From positions 1,930-65,929 of the forward strand of contig NZ_JAOASQ010000017.1 of NCBI RefSeq assembly GCF_030158565.1: a DNA stretch of 64,000 nucleotides, in the 5' to 3' direction. Positions 29,999 through 40,763 of this stretch are shown here, one piece after another; position 1 is the stretch's first letter, and each line of letters starts with the position of its first letter. The DNA is from Limnohabitans sp. (GTDB lineage Bacteria; Pseudomonadota; Gammaproteobacteria; Burkholderiales; Burkholderiaceae_C). The notes beneath the pieces are model-generated. The model did not search any database. It was not told the origin of the DNA and saw only the letters and a list, made by a program, of their open reading frames with translations. Made by a program: the position numbers and the translations under genes.

Positions 29999-31417
29999 TC
30001 AAGCCTTCAAGGCCCCCAACACCTCGTCCAGCATTTTCTTGGCATCGCCAAACAACATGCGGTTGTTGTCTTTGTAGAAGAGCGGGTTGTCCACACCAGC
30101 GTAGCCACTGGCCATGGAACGCTTCATGACGATGCTGGTGCGGGCCTTCCAGACTTCGAGCACCGGCATGCCGGCGATCGGGCTGGTCGGATCGTCTTGC
30201 GCGGCCGGGTTCACGATGTCGTTGGCACCGATCACGATGGCCACGTCCGTGTCCGGGAAGTCGTCGTTGAGCTCGTCCATCTCGAACACGATGTCGTAGG
30301 GCACTTTGGCCTCGGCCAACAAAACGTTCATGTGGCCCGGCATGCGACCCGCCACGGGGTGAATGCCAAAGCGCACGTTCACGCCTTTGTCGCGCAGTGT
30401 CTTGGTGATTTCAAACACCGTGTGCTGGGCCTGCGCCACAGCCATGCCGTAGCCAGGCACGATGATCACGTTCTTGGCGTCGCGCAACATTTCTGCGGTC
30501 TCGGCAGCCAAGATGGGGCTGACTTCACCTTGCGGCTCGGCCGCTTCGCCCGTGGGCTTGGGCGCTGCTGCCGTGGTGCCAAAGCCACCGGCAATCACGC
30601 TGATGAAGCTGCGGTTCATGGCGTTGCACATGATGTACGACAAAATCGCGCCACTGGAGCCAACCAAGGCACCGATCACGATCAACAAGTCATTGGAGAG
30701 CATGAAGCCCGTGGCCGCTGCGGCCCAACCGGAATAGCTGTTGAGCATAGACACCACCACAGGCATGTCCGCACCACCAATGGCCATGACCATGTGGATG
30801 CCGAACAGCAAGGCGATGGCGGTCATGATGAACAAGGGCACCATGCCCTCTTCCACCGTCTGGGCGTTCATGAACTCACGACCGAAGTAAATCACCGCGA
30901 TCAAACCCACCAGGTTGAGCCAGTGGCGAGCGGGCAGCAACAAGGGGCTGCCGCCGATGCGACCGGACAGCTTGCCAAACGCCGCCACAGAGCCTGAGAA
31001 AGTCACGGCACCGATGAAGATACCGATGTAGATTTCACCCGCGTGGATGGCGTGCGCTGCGCCTTCCAAATTCTTGGAAGCTTCGGGGTCCACGTAAGTG
31101 GCATAACCCACCAGCGCCGCAGCCATGCCGACCATGCTGTGCATGAGCGCCACCAACTCGGGCATTTGCGTCATCTGCACTTTGCGCGCTGCGTACAAAC
31201 CGATGAGCGCGCCCACCAACACCGAGCCCACGATCATGGGGATGCCCTCGGCCGTGACTTGCGGGCCAAAGATGGTGGCCAACACGGCCAGGCTCATGCC
31301 GATCATGCCGTAGAGGTTGCCGCGCCGGGCGGTTTCCTGGTTGGACAAACCGCCCAGGCTGAGGATGAAGAGAATGGTTGCGCCGATGTAGGCGACCGTG
31401 GATAAGCTTGCGGACAT
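29999..31417 (-). CDS. pntB: NAD(P) transhydrogenase subunit beta
   Basis: 472 aa with an N-terminal polytopic domain and a C-terminal dIII ([16 protein letters not shown]...[10 protein letters not shown]). Confidence 0.95.
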   Translation of the reverse strand: MSASLSTVAYIGATILFILSLGGLSNQETARRGNLYGMIGMSLAVLATIFGPQVTAEGIPMIVGSVLVGALIGLYAARKVQMTQMPELVALMHSMVGMAAALVGYATYVDPEASKNLEGAAHAIHAGEIYIGIFIGAVTFSGSVAAFGKLSGRIGGSPLLLPARHWLNLVGLIAVIYFGREFMNAQTVEEGMVPLFIMTAIALLFGIHMVMAIGGADMPVVVSMLNSYSGWAAAATGFMLSNDLLIVIGALVGSSGAILSYIMCNAMNRSFISVIAGGFGTTAAAPKPTGEAAEPQGEVSPILAAETAEMLRDAKNVIIVPGYGMAVAQAQHTVFEITKTLRDKGVNVRFGIHPVAGRMPGHMNVLLAEAKVPYDIVFEMDELNDDFPDTDVAIVIGANDIVNPAAQDDPTSPIAGMPVLEVWKARTSIVMKRSMASGYAGVDNPLFYKDNNRMLFGDAKKMLDEVLGALKA

Positions 31418-31434
31418 TCAGGGTCTCCTTGTTC

Positions 31435-33006
31435 TTATTTTCGGAACATCGCCAGCATGCGCTGGGTGACGGCAAAGCCGCCAAACATGTTGATGGCCGT
31501 CAGCACCAAGGCCAAAGCTGCCAAGATGCCGATCAGCGTGTTGGGGCGTCCGGCTGCGGCCATGGGCGAAATCTGCACCAGCGCACCGATGGCGATGATG
31601 GAGCTGATCGCGTTGGTCACGCTCATGAGCGGGGTGTGCAAAGCGGGCTTGACGTTCCAGACCACCATGTAGCCCACAAAACAGGCCAACACAAACACCG
31701 TGAAGTGCGACAGGAACGCGGCCGGCGCATAGGTCCCGACCAGCACCAGCAGCACAGCAGCGACCGCCGACACGATGAGCAACTGGCCGACCGGCATGGG
31801 GCCGGATGGCTCGCCGTGGCCGTGGCCTTTTTTGGCGGCAGGCGCTGCGGCGGGTTTGGGTGCGGGCTTGGGGGCCACCACCAAAGGCGGTGCAGGCCAG
31901 GTGATTTCGCCGTCCTTGATGACCGTGAGGCCCCGAATGGCGTCGTCTTGCATGTTGACGTTGATCACGCCGTCCTTGGTCTTGCACAGCTCTTCGGTCA
32001 AGCGGAACAAGTTGGTGCCATACAGCGTGGACGACTGGCGCGCCATGCGCGAAGCCAGGTCGGTGTAGCCGACGATGGTCACACCGTGCTTGACCACCGC
32101 CTTGCCGGGTTCGGTCAGTTCGCAGTTGCCGCCTTGCTCAGCGGCCATGTCCACGATCACGCTGCCAGGCTTCATGCTTTGCACCATCTCGGCGGTGATC
32201 AGCTTGGGCGCGGGTTTGCCGGGGATCAACGCGGTGGTGATGATGATGTCGCACTCTTGGGCTTGCTTGGCGTACATCTCGCGCTGCGCGGCCTGGAAGC
32301 CTTCGCTCATGACCTTGGCATATCCGCCGCCGCCCGAGCCTTCTTCTTCGTAGTCCACCTTGACGAACTCACCGCCCAGCGAGACCACCTGGTCGGCCAC
32401 TTCGGCGCGGGTGTCGTTGGCACGCACGATGGCGCCCAAGCTGGCGGCTGCGCCAATGGCGGCCAAACCGGCCACACCGGCACCGGCGATGAACACCTTG
32501 GCGGGGGGCACTTTGCCCGCGGCCGTGATTTGGCCGTTGAAGAAGCGACCAAAGGCGTTGGCAGCTTCGACCACGGCGCGGTAGCCACTGACGCCAGCCA
32601 TGGAGGTCAACGCGTCCATCTTCTGGGCGCGGCTCAATGTGCGGGGCAAGGCGTCGATCGACAGCGCCGTGACCTTTTTGGCCGCGAGCTGCTGCATCAA
32701 ATCGGGGTTTTGGGCGGGCCACAAGAAGCCAATCAGCGTCTGGCCTTCGTGCATCAGCGCGACCTCGTCGTGGGTGGGGGCACGCACCTTGAAGACGATG
32801 TCGCTGCCGCTCCACAGCGCCGCAGCGTTGGGGGCAATCGTGGCACCGGCATCGACGTAAGCCGCATCTGACAAGTCTGCCAACTCGCCCGCACCCTGCT
32901 CCACAACCACCTCAAAGCCGAGTTTGACCAGCTTGGTCACCACATCGGGGACGGTGGCCACCCGTTTTTCACCGGGATATATCTCTTTGGGCACGCCTAT
33001 GCGCAT
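31435..33006 (-). CDS. pntA: NAD(P) transhydrogenase subunit alpha (full-length, dI plus membrane part)
   Basis: 523 aa starting [17 protein letters not shown], with NAD site [13 protein letters not shown] and a C-terminal 4-TM segment. Confidence 0.95.
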   Translation of the reverse strand: MRIGVPKEIYPGEKRVATVPDVVTKLVKLGFEVVVEQGAGELADLSDAAYVDAGATIAPNAAALWSGSDIVFKVRAPTHDEVALMHEGQTLIGFLWPAQNPDLMQQLAAKKVTALSIDALPRTLSRAQKMDALTSMAGVSGYRAVVEAANAFGRFFNGQITAAGKVPPAKVFIAGAGVAGLAAIGAAASLGAIVRANDTRAEVADQVVSLGGEFVKVDYEEEGSGGGGYAKVMSEGFQAAQREMYAKQAQECDIIITTALIPGKPAPKLITAEMVQSMKPGSVIVDMAAEQGGNCELTEPGKAVVKHGVTIVGYTDLASRMARQSSTLYGTNLFRLTEELCKTKDGVINVNMQDDAIRGLTVIKDGEITWPAPPLVVAPKPAPKPAAAPAAKKGHGHGEPSGPMPVGQLLIVSAVAAVLLVLVGTYAPAAFLSHFTVFVLACFVGYMVVWNVKPALHTPLMSVTNAISSIIAIGALVQISPMAAAGRPNTLIGILAALALVLTAINMFGGFAVTQRMLAMFRK

Positions 33007-33149
33007 GGTTGTTCTCCAAATATTTGTGAAATCGTGGGACTGGGGGCTTGCCGCGCCAATCGATGCTTGAATATAAACTGTAACTTACATACCCTTGATC
33101 GGGTTTATCCCCCCGTACGACGTGGCACGGCCCCGCCGATAATGAGCGC

Positions 33150-33644
33150 ATGGATACACGCTGGAAACCCAATGTCACCGTGGCCGCCATCATCGAGAAA
33201 GATGGCCGCTACCTTTTGGTGGAAGAACAGACGCGCGATGGCTTGCGCTTGAACAACCCCGCCGGTCACCTCGACCCTTGCGAATCGCCTGCCGAGGGCT
33301 GCGCCCGAGAAGCGCTCGAAGAAACGGCCCACCCCTTCAAACCCACCGCCTTGGTCGGCGTGTATTTGTCCCGGTTTCAGCGCCCCGCCACGCAAGAAGA
33401 CATCACTTATTTGCGCATGGCGTTTTGCGGCGAGATCGGTGAGCCGCAAGCAGACCGGTCTTTGGACGAAGGGATTGTGCGCACGGTCTGGATGACGCTC
33501 GACGAAGTGCGCGCCAGCGCAGAGCGTCACCGCAGCCCACTGGTTCTGCGCTGCATCGAAGACCACCTGGCCGGGCAACGCTTTCCGCTGAACATGATTT
33601 ACACCGACGCCGCTGTGGCCTCTTTGCCCCCCCTCGCGGCGTGA
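33150..33644 (+). CDS. NUDIX hydrolase
   Basis: 164 aa with the Nudix box GHLDPCESPAEGCAREALEETAH. Confidence 0.85.
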   Translation: MDTRWKPNVTVAAIIEKDGRYLLVEEQTRDGLRLNNPAGHLDPCESPAEGCAREALEETAHPFKPTALVGVYLSRFQRPATQEDITYLRMAFCGEIGEPQADRSLDEGIVRTVWMTLDEVRASAERHRSPLVLRCIEDHLAGQRFPLNMIYTDAAVASLPPLAA

Positions 33645-34387
33645 TGGACGGTGTGTGGCTTGTCACAGGCGCCGCCGCCTTTGGCGCGGGGGTCCTGAAC
33701 GCCATTGCAGGGGGCGGCAGCTTTTTGACTTTTCCGGCGCTGGTTTTTGCAGGTGCCCCCCCCTTGGCGGCCAACGCCACCAGCGCTGCGGCAGTCAGCC
33801 CGGGCTATTTAGGCAGCACCTTGGGCTTCAAGGCCGAACTCCAAGCCATCCCGGGCACCACCCTGCAACGCGAGGTGGTCATCGCGGCTGTCGGCGGTCT
33901 GATCGGCGCCACCTTGTTGCTGGTCACGCCGGCCCGCTTGTTTTCGGGGCTGGTGCCTTGGCTTTTGTTGCTGGCCACAGCGCTGTTTGCACTCGGGCCG
34001 GTGATCGCGTCGCGCGGTGCGGGCCTGGGCCATCCGCGGTGGCGTTTGCCAGGGCTCCTGCTGGTGGCCATTTACGGCGGGTACTTCAACGGCGGCCTGG
34101 GCATTTTGCTGATGGCGCTGTACACCTTGACGGGTGAGTCACGCCTGAACACGGTCAACGCCCTGAAGAACCTCAATTCATTTGTATTGTCCTGGCTGTC
34201 GGTAGCCGCTTTCGCTTGGGCGGGTGCCATTGTCTGGGATCAAGCCTTGTGGATGATGGCCTTGGCCACCGCTGGGGGCTGGTCAGGTGCGCGGCTGGCC
34301 AAGCGCCTGCCTGCACGCTGGGTGCGCTGGCTGGTGATCACCACCGGACTGGTGATGAGTGCGGTTTTTTTCAGCCGTTTGGGCTGA
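33641..34387 (+). CDS. TauE/SafE (DUF81) family membrane anion exporter
   Basis: 248-aa polytopic protein with the N-terminal GAGVLNAIAGGGSFLTFPAL motif. The start (GTG 33641 or ATG 33644) overlaps the NUDIX stop. Confidence 0.8.
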   Translation: MMDGVWLVTGAAAFGAGVLNAIAGGGSFLTFPALVFAGAPPLAANATSAAAVSPGYLGSTLGFKAELQAIPGTTLQREVVIAAVGGLIGATLLLVTPARLFSGLVPWLLLLATALFALGPVIASRGAGLGHPRWRLPGLLLVAIYGGYFNGGLGILLMALYTLTGESRLNTVNALKNLNSFVLSWLSVAAFAWAGAIVWDQALWMMALATAGGWSGARLAKRLPARWVRWLVITTGLVMSAVFFSRLG

Positions 34388-34399
34388 GCTGACCCGACT

Positions 34400-35128
34400 T
34401 CACTGGAAGGGCACGCGCTCCCCAGCAGCCACCTGTTCGAGCCGAGCCTGCTCGGTACGGACTTTGGCAACGTACCCACCCTCTTCAAACACGGCATCAC
34501 CACCCAGATAAAACTTCAAACCATCCTCGACCGAACCACCCTTGAGCTTGATGGCGTCGGCCAAAACAGCTACGCCCACACGCATGTTGGTGAGCGGATC
34601 AAATGCCGTCAGGTTGCCACCATAGGCTTGGTACCGTTTGGTGTGGATGCCGGTCATGACCTGCATCAACCCCTGTGCGCCCACCTGGCTTTGAATATAT
34701 GGGTGGAAGTTCGACTCGATGGCCATGACACCCAAAATCAGGTAAGGGGCCAGTTTGTACTGCCGCCCCAGAACCTGCGCTTCCGCCACCAAGGCGGCCA
34801 CAGGCTCTGGCGCGACTTTGTATTTTCGGGACAACCAACTGGCCACAGCCGCTTGGCTGGCCGGCAAATCCCGCAAGTTCATAGCGGTGGCGCGCTCGGC
34901 CGCATTTTCTGGCAACCAGGACACCAGCACCTGCCTCTCCCGCAGCCAGTTGAACAGCTTTTCTTCCGATGCCTGGAGCCACTCGGTGTTCAGCCACAAA
35001 GCCATCACACATGCAGCCACGCCCAAACCCACCATGGCCAAACCACTGTGAGTGACAAGGAACAGTCCTTGGGCAATATCGCCCAGGACGGCTCGAAGGA
35101 TGGCGCACCAGGCGCAGGGTTTGGACAT
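34400..35128 (-). CDS. Lytic transglycosylase (SLT domain) with N-terminal membrane anchor
   Basis: 242 aa with SLT catalytic region ESNFHPYIQSQVGAQGLMQV. Confidence 0.8.
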   Translation of the reverse strand: MSKPCAWCAILRAVLGDIAQGLFLVTHSGLAMVGLGVAACVMALWLNTEWLQASEEKLFNWLRERQVLVSWLPENAAERATAMNLRDLPASQAAVASWLSRKYKVAPEPVAALVAEAQVLGRQYKLAPYLILGVMAIESNFHPYIQSQVGAQGLMQVMTGIHTKRYQAYGGNLTAFDPLTNMRVGVAVLADAIKLKGGSVEDGLKFYLGGDAVFEEGGYVAKVRTEQARLEQVAAGERVPFQ

Positions 35129-35190
35129 CGGATAAATGAAGAAAAAGGATTATAAATTTCCCGTCACCGCAGGCGCGGGATAATCCAAGC

Positions 35191-36327
35191 ATGTCACAAC
35201 TTCCTCGTGTGGTCGTCGGTTTGTCCGGCGGCGTCGATTCAGCCGTCAGCGCCTACCTGCTCAAACAGCAGGGGTACGAAGTCATCGGTATCTTCATGAA
35301 AAATTGGGAAGATGACGATGACAGCGCGTATTGCTCATCCAACATCGACTTCGTCGATGCCGCCGCCGTGGCCGATGTGCTGGGCATCGAGATCGAGCAC
35401 GTCAATTTTGCAGCCGAGTACAAAGACCGGGTGTTTTCCGAGTTTTTGCGCGAATACCAGGCCGGGCGCACCCCCAACCCCGACATCCTGTGCAACGCCG
35501 AAATCAAGTTCAAATCCTTTCTGGACCACGCCATGCGCCTGGGCGCCGAGAAGATCGCCACCGGCCACTACTGCCGCGTGCGCTTGAATGAACACACGGG
35601 CCGCCACGAACTGCTCAAAGGCCTGGACCCGTCCAAGGACCAAAGCTACTTTTTGCACCGCCTGAACCAGTCCCAGCTGTCCAAAACCTTGTTCCCGGTG
35701 GGCGAGCTGCACAAGACCGAGGTGCGCCGCATCGCCGAAGAAATCGGCCTGCCCAACGCCAAGAAGAAAGACTCCACGGGCATCTGCTTCATCGGCGAGC
35801 GACCCTTCCGCGAGTTCCTCAACCGCTACATCAGCAAAGAGCCCGGCCCCATCAAAGACCCGACAGGTCGCACCATCGGCCAGCACGTGGGTCTGAGCTT
35901 TTACACTCTGGGTCAACGCCAGGGCCTGGGCATTGGCGGCATCAAGGCCAAAGGCGCGCAACGTGGTGGGGGCGAACACACGCCCTGGTTTGTGGCGCGC
36001 AAAGACATCGAAAAAAACACCCTGTGGGTGGTGCAAGGCCACGACCACCCCTGGCTGCTGTCCGAAGGCCTGACGGCCACAGACGCCAGCTGGTGTGCCG
36101 ATCGACCTCCAACGCCTGGCCAGTACGCTGCCAAGACGCGCTATCGCCAGGCCGATGCGCCTTGCGAACTGCACGCAGCCGCCAACGGCGCCACAGCGCC
36201 GGCATTCGAGATGCATTTCCCGCAAGCCCAATGGGCCGTCACGCCCGGTCAAAGCGCTGTGTTGTACGACGGCGATGTCTGCCTGGGTGGCGGCGTGATC
36301 GATGCGGCAACAACGGCCCGAGGCTGA
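35191..36327 (+). CDS. mnmA: tRNA 2-thiouridine(34) synthase
   Basis: 378 aa with the PP-loop [16 protein letters not shown] and conserved Cys contexts ([18 protein letters not shown]). Confidence 0.95.
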   Translation: MSQLPRVVVGLSGGVDSAVSAYLLKQQGYEVIGIFMKNWEDDDDSAYCSSNIDFVDAAAVADVLGIEIEHVNFAAEYKDRVFSEFLREYQAGRTPNPDILCNAEIKFKSFLDHAMRLGAEKIATGHYCRVRLNEHTGRHELLKGLDPSKDQSYFLHRLNQSQLSKTLFPVGELHKTEVRRIAEEIGLPNAKKKDSTGICFIGERPFREFLNRYISKEPGPIKDPTGRTIGQHVGLSFYTLGQRQGLGIGGIKAKGAQRGGGEHTPWFVARKDIEKNTLWVVQGHDHPWLLSEGLTATDASWCADRPPTPGQYAAKTRYRQADAPCELHAAANGATAPAFEMHFPQAQWAVTPGQSAVLYDGDVCLGGGVIDAATTARG

Positions 36328-36335
36328 TCAACCCA

Positions 36336-37667
36336 TCAAAGCGTGGCGTGTAATTTGGCATGGATGCGGCGCGTGACCGTCCAAACCAGCCAAAGCACCA
36401 AGGGGATCATCAAGCCTGCAGCCAACTCAGGCTGAATGGGCACACCCGCCAATTTGAGTGCCTTGGCAAGGTACAACAACAAACTCACCACGTAATACGA
36501 GATCGCGGCGATCGACAAGCCCTCAACCGTCGATTGCAGCTTCAGTTGCAAACCCTGCCCCCGGGTGAGTTTTTCAAGCAACTGCTGGTTCTGGGTCTCA
36601 GTGGCGATGTCAACCCGCGTGCGCAACAAGGCACTGGTGCGGGAAATCCGCTCTGACAAAGCCGCCAACCGTTGTGCCGTGGCCGCGACCGTGGCCATGG
36701 CTGGCGACAAACGCCGCTGCATGAACTCGCCCACGGTCTGTGTGCCGTGCAACGGTCGTTCGCGCAACTCGGCAATGCGCTCGCGCACCAGGACGTCATA
36801 AGCGCGGGTGGCCGAGAATCTGTACCCGTGCTCAGCGGTCGCGCGCTCCACTTTGGCGGCCAAGCTCACCAACGCGTCCAGCAAATCCTGATCGGCAGTT
36901 TCCTTGCGCTCCAAACGGGCGGTGATGTCGGCCAATTGCGCTTCGGCTTGCGCCAGCACAGGCGACAGCTGCTTGGCCACCGGCAAACCACGCAGCGCCA
37001 TCAGGCGATAGGTTTCGAGTTCAAGCACACGCTGGGAAATTCGACCTGCTCGACCTTCAGGCGTGTCAGCGGGGGCCAGCACCAACATGCGCTCAAAACC
37101 GTCGTTGCCAATGCGCCAATGTGTGAGCAAGCACGAATGCGATTGCCCATCCGAGGTATTGCCCATGCGCGAGCCAATGATGGTGCCTTCCCCCAACCAG
37201 GCTTGCGCCTTGGGCAGCCAATCGGCCGCATCCATGCCCTCGGGCAACATGGCCAAATGGATCGCCGCCACCGTCCGGCCCGGAATGCCGCGCAACCAAT
37301 CCACACCGGTGGCCACATGGGGTGCCAAATCAGGCAAGACATGCCCCCACGAGGCTTGCTCAGGCAACGGCTGCACGATCGAATAGCGGGTGAACTCGGT
37401 GTGCCGCTCCCATTTGACGGTGAAGCCATCACAGCGCAAACGCAGAAAATTGCCGTTCAGCTGCTCGGGCTCCAGGTCCGCGTGCCCAGGCAAGCTGCGC
37501 AGGTGCGCCCATTCCTCCTCCCGGGTGATGCCTGCGTTGAGCACCGCCACATAAACGATCAGGGCCGGCAAGCGCACGCGAGCCGATGGGCGGGCATGGA
37601 CCTCGTTGTGCAGCTGCCTACGCTGCGCATCGTCCACAGGCAAATAACGCGAATTGATTTCGTTCAT
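36336..37667 (-). CDS. DUF3422-like membrane-anchored protein of unknown function
   Basis: 443 aa starting MNEINSRYLPVDDAQRRQLHNEVHARP, with a coiled-coil middle and two C-terminal TM helices. The family assignment is from memory of the DUF3422 N-terminal pattern. Confidence 0.65.
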   Translation of the reverse strand: MNEINSRYLPVDDAQRRQLHNEVHARPSARVRLPALIVYVAVLNAGITREEEWAHLRSLPGHADLEPEQLNGNFLRLRCDGFTVKWERHTEFTRYSIVQPLPEQASWGHVLPDLAPHVATGVDWLRGIPGRTVAAIHLAMLPEGMDAADWLPKAQAWLGEGTIIGSRMGNTSDGQSHSCLLTHWRIGNDGFERMLVLAPADTPEGRAGRISQRVLELETYRLMALRGLPVAKQLSPVLAQAEAQLADITARLERKETADQDLLDALVSLAAKVERATAEHGYRFSATRAYDVLVRERIAELRERPLHGTQTVGEFMQRRLSPAMATVAATAQRLAALSERISRTSALLRTRVDIATETQNQQLLEKLTRGQGLQLKLQSTVEGLSIAAISYYVVSLLLYLAKALKLAGVPIQPELAAGLMIPLVLWLVWTVTRRIHAKLHATL

Positions 37668-37775
37668 GGCCCTATTTTGATCTGCGGCAAAGATGGGCGG
37701 TCAATCCAGATCAAACGAAACAGTTTCAACCCACACCAACATAAACCAGCGCACGCTTGGGCGCAGCCCGTGCAC

Positions 37776-38774
37776 TCAAGCAGAGGGTGACGGTGCCGCG
37801 CCGGGCTCAGGCAGCAGCAAGCGGCCTTGCAGCAGCCCCCAGGCGGTGGCCAGCAACAAGCCTGCAATCACCGCCGTGGCCCAAGCCAGCCAGGCGAGTG
37901 CCAACAGCTGCGCGACGCCATGCGCAGGTGCCAAGTGCAAAGACAAGGCAGCCGAAGCTGCTAAAGGAAAAGACATGCCCCAAAACGACATGCCAAAGGG
38001 CTGCGACAGGCTGCGCTTGAACACCGTCATGGACACCCCCGTGAACAACAAGGCCACGCCCCAGAGCATGTGCACCAGCACATCGGGTGCCCCCAGCTGC
38101 GCCCCGGACAAGGCCAGCACCTACGGCGGCGCGATGGTGATGAAGGTGGCGGGCAGCATGCGTTGCGGCCACAGCCCCACTTTGCCAATGCGCACCAGCA
38201 CCAAAGTCAGCGCCACAGGCCAGAGCACAGCGGCAATGCCGTACTGCGCGGCCGCCCATACCGGGTGACCCAAGCCCACACCGGCCAAAGCGGGCAACAC
38301 ATTGCCCACCACCGGGATGAACAAGGCCGGCGTCATGGCGGGCCAAAACTGTGCGGCCACCAGGCCAGGCTGAAACCAGCGCTGCACCACGCCCGTGGTC
38401 ACCAGCAACAAGGCGGCCGAGCCCAGCATCCACGCCGCGTCCGTCCAAAAGCCGTCAGACCCATGCACGAAGGCCACCGTCGCGATCAAAACCAAGGACG
38501 ATGGCAAGGCGGCCACAAACACCTGCCGCAGAGGATCACGCACATCGGCCAGCACCGCCGCCGGATGCCGAAGCACCCGCCACACCGTGGCCAACAGCAA
38601 GGCCAGCAACAACCAGGCCGCCAGCACCCCGACCCCCATGGAAACCTGCGCTGCGCCCGCCCAATGGGGCACGGCCCGCATCCAGGCCAAGGACAGACCA
38701 CACAGCCCCATGACCATCGCAAACCAGGCGAAGTTCAGATGTTCGATCGATGAAACAGGGCACATGTCAGTCAT
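37776..38774 (-). pseudogene. TDT/TehA-family (C4-dicarboxylate/tellurite-resistance type) transporter gene interrupted by an in-frame TAG
   Basis: Track ORFs 38121..38834 and 37776..38120 are in the same frame and are separated only by TAG at 38123-38121 (...FITIAPP-TAG-VLALSGAQLG...). Joined, they give about 332 aa and 10 TM segments, the normal size for this family. Confidence 0.75.
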
Positions 38775-38799
38775 GGTCAGCGGCTGTCCTGAGAGGGCA

Positions 38800-38831
38800 T
38801 AAAAAAACCCGTGGGACTGGCCACGGGTTTT
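38800..38831 (-). terminator. Intrinsic terminator after ssb (bidirectional shape)
   Basis: Stem CCCGTGG/CCACGGG (38808-38827) is flanked by A7 on one side and T4 on the other. On the minus strand the stem is followed by TTTTTTT, 18 nt past the ssb stop. Confidence 0.7.
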
Positions 38832-38848
38832 CATCCAGATCCACCCGA

Positions 38849-39337
38849 TCAGAAGGGGATGTCGTCGTCCATGTCGTCGAAGCTGCTGGGCGCGGGCTTG
38901 GCCGCAGGTGCAGGACGAGCAGCAGGAGCTGCTGCTGGACGGGCAGCCGGTGCTTGACGGGGGGCGTAGCCGCCGCCGTCGTCCGATGGGCCGCCCATGC
39001 CTTGGCGACCACCCAGCATTTGCATGGTTTCACCACGGATTTCGGTGGCAAATTTCTCGATGCCATCTTTGTCGGTGTACTTGCGGGTGCGCAGGCTGCC
39101 TTCGACATAGACTTGCGAGCCTTTTTTCAGGTACTGCCCAGCGATCTCGGCCAATTTGCCAAAAAAGCTGATGCGGTGCCACTCGGTGGCTTCCTTCATT
39201 TCGCCGGTCGCTTTGTCTTTGTAGCGGTCGGTGGTGGCCACGTTGATGTTGCTCACAGCGTCGCCAGAAGGCAGATAGCGGGTTTCGGGATCGCGGCCCA
39301 AATTGCCGACGATGATGACTTTGTTGACGGATGCCAT
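38849..39337 (-). CDS. ssb: Single-stranded DNA-binding protein
   Basis: 162 aa with the OB-fold N-terminus [18 protein letters not shown], a Gly/Pro/Ala-rich linker and the acidic tip DDDIPF. Confidence 0.95.
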   Translation of the reverse strand: MASVNKVIIVGNLGRDPETRYLPSGDAVSNINVATTDRYKDKATGEMKEATEWHRISFFGKLAEIAGQYLKKGSQVYVEGSLRTRKYTDKDGIEKFATEIRGETMQMLGGRQGMGGPSDDGGGYAPRQAPAARPAAAPAARPAPAAKPAPSSFDDMDDDIPF

Positions 39338-39373
39338 GAAAAACTCCTCGAATAGGTGTGAATTATGCGGCCA

Positions 39374-40561
39374 TTAAGCGGTCTGGCGAACAGGCGCTGA
39401 GCGCGCCGGTGCCTGCATGGGCAAGGCCACCAGCCACCACACCAGCATGGCGCCCGCACAGCTGAGGAAAAGCGCCTGACTGCCCCAGGTCTTGACCAGG
39501 TAACCGCCCAGCCAACCGCCCACAAAAAAGCCCAGCGACTGCAAGGTGTTGTACACCCCCATGGCCGTGCCGCGCACCGCGCTGGGGGCCAGGCGCGAGG
39601 CCAGGCTGGGCTGCGTGGCTTCCAGCACGTTGAAGCCGCAGAAAAACACGAACAGCAAACCCGCCAGCGTGCCCAGACGCGGCGTGCCCGAGGCCTGCAG
39701 CAAAAAGCCCAGCTGCACCACCGTGATCAAGGCAATGGCCACCAGAAACACTTTCTTGAGGTGCCCGCGCCGCTCCATGGCAAAGGTGCCGCCCATCACG
39801 ACAAATGAGCCCAACACCGCCGGCAGGTAAACCTGCCAATGGTGGTCCTTGCTCAGGCCCGCCTGCACCAGCAAGGCCGGCACCGCCACCCACATGGCCA
39901 GCTGCACCGCATGCAGCACAAACACGCCCAGGTTCAGGCGCAACAAACCGGCGTGGCTCAAAACATCTTTCAAGCGCCCACGCGCAGGCCCGGCCACCAT
40001 GGGCGGCGCAGGGGGCGCACCCCAGACCACCACCGTCACGCCCAGCAAAGCCAGCAGGCCGGTCACCACAAACAGGCCCGACAAGCCAATGGCCGACGCC
40101 ATCAAAGGCGCCAGAACCAAAGACAGTGCGAACATCAAACCGATGCTGGCGCCCACCAAGGCCATGGCTTTGGTGCGCACTTCGTCACGAGTCAGGTCGG
40201 CCAGCAAGGCGGTCACGGCAGCCGACACGGCGCCTGCCCCCTGAATGCTGCGACCGATCAAAAGACCGGTCAGATCGGTGGCCGCGGCCGCCCAGAAACT
40301 GCCCAGCGCAAAAATCAGCAAGCCCAGCACAATCACGCGCTTGCGGCCAAAGCGGTCCGACGCCATGCCAAACGGCAGCTGCAGCAAGCCCTGCGTCAGG
40401 CCATAAATGCCCATGGCCAGGCCCAGCAAGGCCGGGTCGTCACCGCCGGGGTACTTGCGCGCTTCCAGCGCAAACACCGGCAGCACCAGAAACAAGCCCA
40501 GCATGCGCAGGGCAAAGATCGAAGCCAGCGATGCACTGGCACGACGCTCCAGGGGCGTCAT
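39374..40561 (-). CDS. MFS transporter (upstream partner of ssb)
   Basis: ORF trimmed to the ATG at 40561 (MTPLERRASASLASIFALRMLG...). It has 12 TM segments and the MFS motif GMASDRFGRKRV. Confidence 0.85.
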   Translation of the reverse strand: MTPLERRASASLASIFALRMLGLFLVLPVFALEARKYPGGDDPALLGLAMGIYGLTQGLLQLPFGMASDRFGRKRVIVLGLLIFALGSFWAAAATDLTGLLIGRSIQGAGAVSAAVTALLADLTRDEVRTKAMALVGASIGLMFALSLVLAPLMASAIGLSGLFVVTGLLALLGVTVVVWGAPPAPPMVAGPARGRLKDVLSHAGLLRLNLGVFVLHAVQLAMWVAVPALLVQAGLSKDHHWQVYLPAVLGSFVVMGGTFAMERRGHLKKVFLVAIALITVVQLGFLLQASGTPRLGTLAGLLFVFFCGFNVLEATQPSLASRLAPSAVRGTAMGVYNTLQSLGFFVGGWLGGYLVKTWGSQALFLSCAGAMLVWWLVALPMQAPARSAPVRQTA

Positions 40562-40763
40562 GGCCGTAGCGGCCAGCGGGGCCGCATCAGAAGCAGGATT
40601 GGAAAGGGTCACGCGAACAAGCCAAGCGGGTCGAAAAATGCCATTGTCCCTGATTAAGGCCGCCTTGCTGCCCACACGGGGTGGCCGCTGCGCCACTGGG
40701 CAACAAAAGACACATCACAGAAGACCTAAAATACACATTTTAAAAATTCCGAGAATCCTAACG

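Noticed and set aside
37776-38120. Independent 114-aa gene
   Set aside because: It is in the same frame as 38121..38834, separated only by TAG. Its 'start' is a GTG immediately after the stop, with no RBS. It is better explained as the C-terminal part of the TDT transporter.
40407-40763. N-terminal 119-aa extension of the lipoprotein ORF
   Set aside because: It overlaps the MFS gene start region on the other strand. The sequence from Met-120 onward gives a textbook signal peptide plus lipobox and follows an AT-rich promoter-like region.
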